The position numbers and the translations under genes are program-made. From positions 3,273 to 67,272 of the forward strand of contig VMFR01000006.1 of NCBI GenBank assembly GCA_007376135.1: 64,000 bases of DNA, read 5' to 3'. Source of the stretch: Parcubacteria group bacterium Gr01-1014_31 (lineage in GTDB: Bacteria > Patescibacteriota > Patescibacteriia > Buchananbacterales > GWA2-38-13). Positions 62,492-64,000 of the stretch are shown in pieces (the first letter of the stretch is position 1; each line of letters opens with the position of its first letter). The notes under the pieces are model-generated. The model did not search any database, was not told the origin of the DNA, and saw only the letters and a program-made list of their open reading frames with translations.

Positions 62492-64000
62492 ATGCCACAA
62501 ACCGAAGATAAGAACCAACCACCGCAACTCACCTTCGACGATCTGGCAAAGTCCGTCAAAGCGAATGATCTGAAGGTGGATATTGACGTCCTCAAAAAAG
62601 CTTTTGCCTTCGCGACGGAAGCGCACAAAGGGCAACGGCGGCGCTCGGGTGAACCGTATGTGCAGCACCCGCTGCAAACGGCCATCACCTTGGCGGAAAT
62701 GCGGCTGGACCAGGCCACTCTCGTCGCCGGGCTGCTCCATGACGTTCCCGAGGACACGACGTTCAACCTGGTAGAAATAGAGAAGCGTTTCGGCCCGGAA
62801 GTCGGCGGGCTGGTCGCCGGCATCACCAAGCTGGGCAAGATCAAATACCGCGGCATCGAGCGCTACGCCGAGAACCTGCGCAAGATGTTCATCTCCATGG
62901 CGCAGGACGTGCGGGTGGTGCTGATCAAAATGGCCGACCGGCTCCACAACCTGCGCACCATCGGCGCGCTCCCACCCGAAAAACAGCGCAGGATCGCGCT
63001 GGAGGTGTTGGAGATCTACGCGCCCATCGCCAACCGCCTGGGTATGGGCCGCTTCAAGGGCACCATGGAAGACCTTGCCTTCCCCATCGCCTACCCCGAG
63101 GAATGGGCGTGGTTCAAAACGCACATCCTGCCCCAGTACGAAGTGCGGGTCCAGGAGATCTCCTCCACCATCAGCGAATTGAAAAAAGTGCTCGGGGCCA
63201 ACAAGATCAAGGTGCTGGACATCCACGGCCGCGCCAAACACTACTACTCACTGTACCGCAAGCTGCTGCAGCCCCAGTACAATAAGAACCTCAACCTCGT
63301 CTACGACCTGGTGGCCATCCGCGTCGTGGTGCCCACCGCCGACGACTGCTACAAAGCCATGGGCGCCATCCACACCCGCTTCACGCCGCTCCCCGGACGC
63401 ATCAAAGACTACATCGCCCAGCCCAAACCCAATAACTACCGGTCACTGCACACCACGGTCTTTGCCGACGGCGGCAAGATCGTCGAGGTCCAGCTGCGCG
63501 ACCAGAAAATGCACCAACAGGCCGAATACGGTATTGCCGCGCACTGGCACTACAAGGAGATGGGCAAACACTTCTGGACGCGCATCTCCAAGACTCAGGG
63601 TTTCCACCATAAGGGCTACATGGTGCCCAAAAAAATGAAGTGGATCCAGGAGTTGGCCGTCTGGCAGCAGGAGGTGCAGGATACGCGCCAGTTCCTCAAA
63701 CGGCTCAAGATCGACGCCTTCCGCGACCGTATTTTCGTCTTCACCCCCAACGGCGACGTCATCGACCTGCCGGAAGACGCAACGCCCGTGGACTTCGCCT
63801 ACTACATCCACAGCGACATCGGCAACACCTGCGTCGGCGCCAAGATCAACGGCAAACTGGAGCAGCTGGACACCCAACTAAAAAACGGCGACGTCGTGGA
63901 GATCATCACCGATAAATCCCGCAAATCGCCGGGCCGCGACTGGCTGCGGTTCGTGCGCACGGCGGCGGCACGCAATAAGATCCGTAGCACCCTGCGCCAT
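62492..64000 (+). CDS. (p)ppGpp synthetase/hydrolase RelA/SpoT family, 5' part (runs off the window)
   Basis: ATG at 62492, open to the window end. It is not in the track because no stop falls within the window. HD domain (HPLQTAITLAEMRLD..., LLHDVPEDT), synthetase motifs (...YRSLHTTV..., YGIAAHWHYKE) and TGS (VFTPNGDVIDLPEDATPVDFAYYIHSDIGNTCVGAKINGK). Confidence 0.85.
   Translation, partial: MPQTEDKNQPPQLTFDDLAKSVKANDLKVDIDVLKKAFAFATEAHKGQRRRSGEPYVQHPLQTAITLAEMRLDQATLVAGLLHDVPEDTTFNLVEIEKRFGPEVGGLVAGITKLGKIKYRGIERYAENLRKMFISMAQDVRVVLIKMADRLHNLRTIGALPPEKQRRIALEVLEIYAPIANRLGMGRFKGTMEDLAFPIAYPEEWAWFKTHILPQYEVRVQEISSTISELKKVLGANKIKVLDIHGRAKHYYSLYRKLLQPQYNKNLNLVYDLVAIRVVVPTADDCYKAMGAIHTRFTPLPGRIKDYIAQPKPNNYRSLHTTVFADGGKIVEVQLRDQKMHQQAEYGIAAHWHYKEMGKHFWTRISKTQGFHHKGYMVPKKMKWIQELAVWQQEVQDTRQFLKRLKIDAFRDRIFVFTPNGDVIDLPEDATPVDFAYYIHSDIGNTCVGAKINGKLEQLDTQLKNGDVVEIITDKSRKSPGRDWLRFVRTAAARNKIRSTLRH

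Noticed and set aside
62192-63241. 349-aa minus-strand ORF
   Set aside because: Antisense to the clearly recognisable RelA/SpoT coding frame starting at 62492.
1-64000. CRISPR arrays, transposases/IS elements, integrases, rRNA genes
   Set aside because: No regularly spaced direct repeats with unique spacers, no transposase or integrase-like ORFs, and no rRNA-like conserved blocks were seen. The repeats present are hairpin/REP-type or short tandem duplications.

Overview
A 64 kb, roughly 65% GC bacterial chromosomal segment. Ordinary housekeeping genes are interleaved with a dense set of cell-surface protein genes. The housekeeping genes are the prfB 5' end with its +1 frameshift site, an MGMT-family gene, LtaS-like-ftsZ-ftsA-dgkA-ybeY, rpsU-yqeY, hisS, lepB, a glycerophosphodiesterase, tRNA-Val, an LCP-family gene, der-pth-dprA-topA, a Clp-like AAA+ gene and the relA/spoT 5' part. 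The centrepiece is a single uninterrupted 17,970 bp ORF (5,989 aa) on the minus strand. Its N-terminus is a two-TM pilin-like module of the type IV secretion (VirB2/TrbC) type. The remainder is a mosaic of adhesin-type extracellular domains (IPT/TIG, LamG, discoidin, fibrinogen-like, TSP3, Myxococcus-type Cys-rich repeats, NHL-like propeller). A 1,055-aa paralog with an almost identical pilin module lies directly upstream of it. Three small TSP3-repeat membrane proteins lie directly downstream. Six further secreted proteins, five in tandem at 51.9-61.4 kb and one at 36.8-40.0 kb, share two conserved ends. One is an N-terminal signal-anchor. The other is a C-terminal dockerin-like module ending in an invariant tail PGPDPTADPLGC[V/A]QYP. 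Their passengers are catalytic or binding domains: a lipase, a PPDK-like ATP-grasp, an FG-GAP propeller, a glycosidase-like TIM barrel, and a pilin-like head with metal-binding repeats. Together these suggest a previously undescribed pilin-anchored megaprotein/dockerin surface system. Also present are a well-supported cobalamin riboswitch in front of a putative B12-capture operon (prenyltransferase-repeat/DUF4430 protein, DUF4430 protein, ECF S-component-like protein), two low-GC insertions flanked by inverted repeats (a DUF559 gene and a 23S-rRNA-IVS-type four-helix-bundle gene), REP-like hairpins, heptad GATACT arrays, and several intrinsic terminators. Many long ORFs in the six-frame track are antisense or out-of-frame artefacts of the high GC content. 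The lineage cannot be assigned from sequence alone. The pilin-fused giant protein, TSP3 proteins and four-helix-bundle gene are reminiscent of uncultivated, CPR-like bacteria, but the GC content is atypical for that group, so this is weak inference only.
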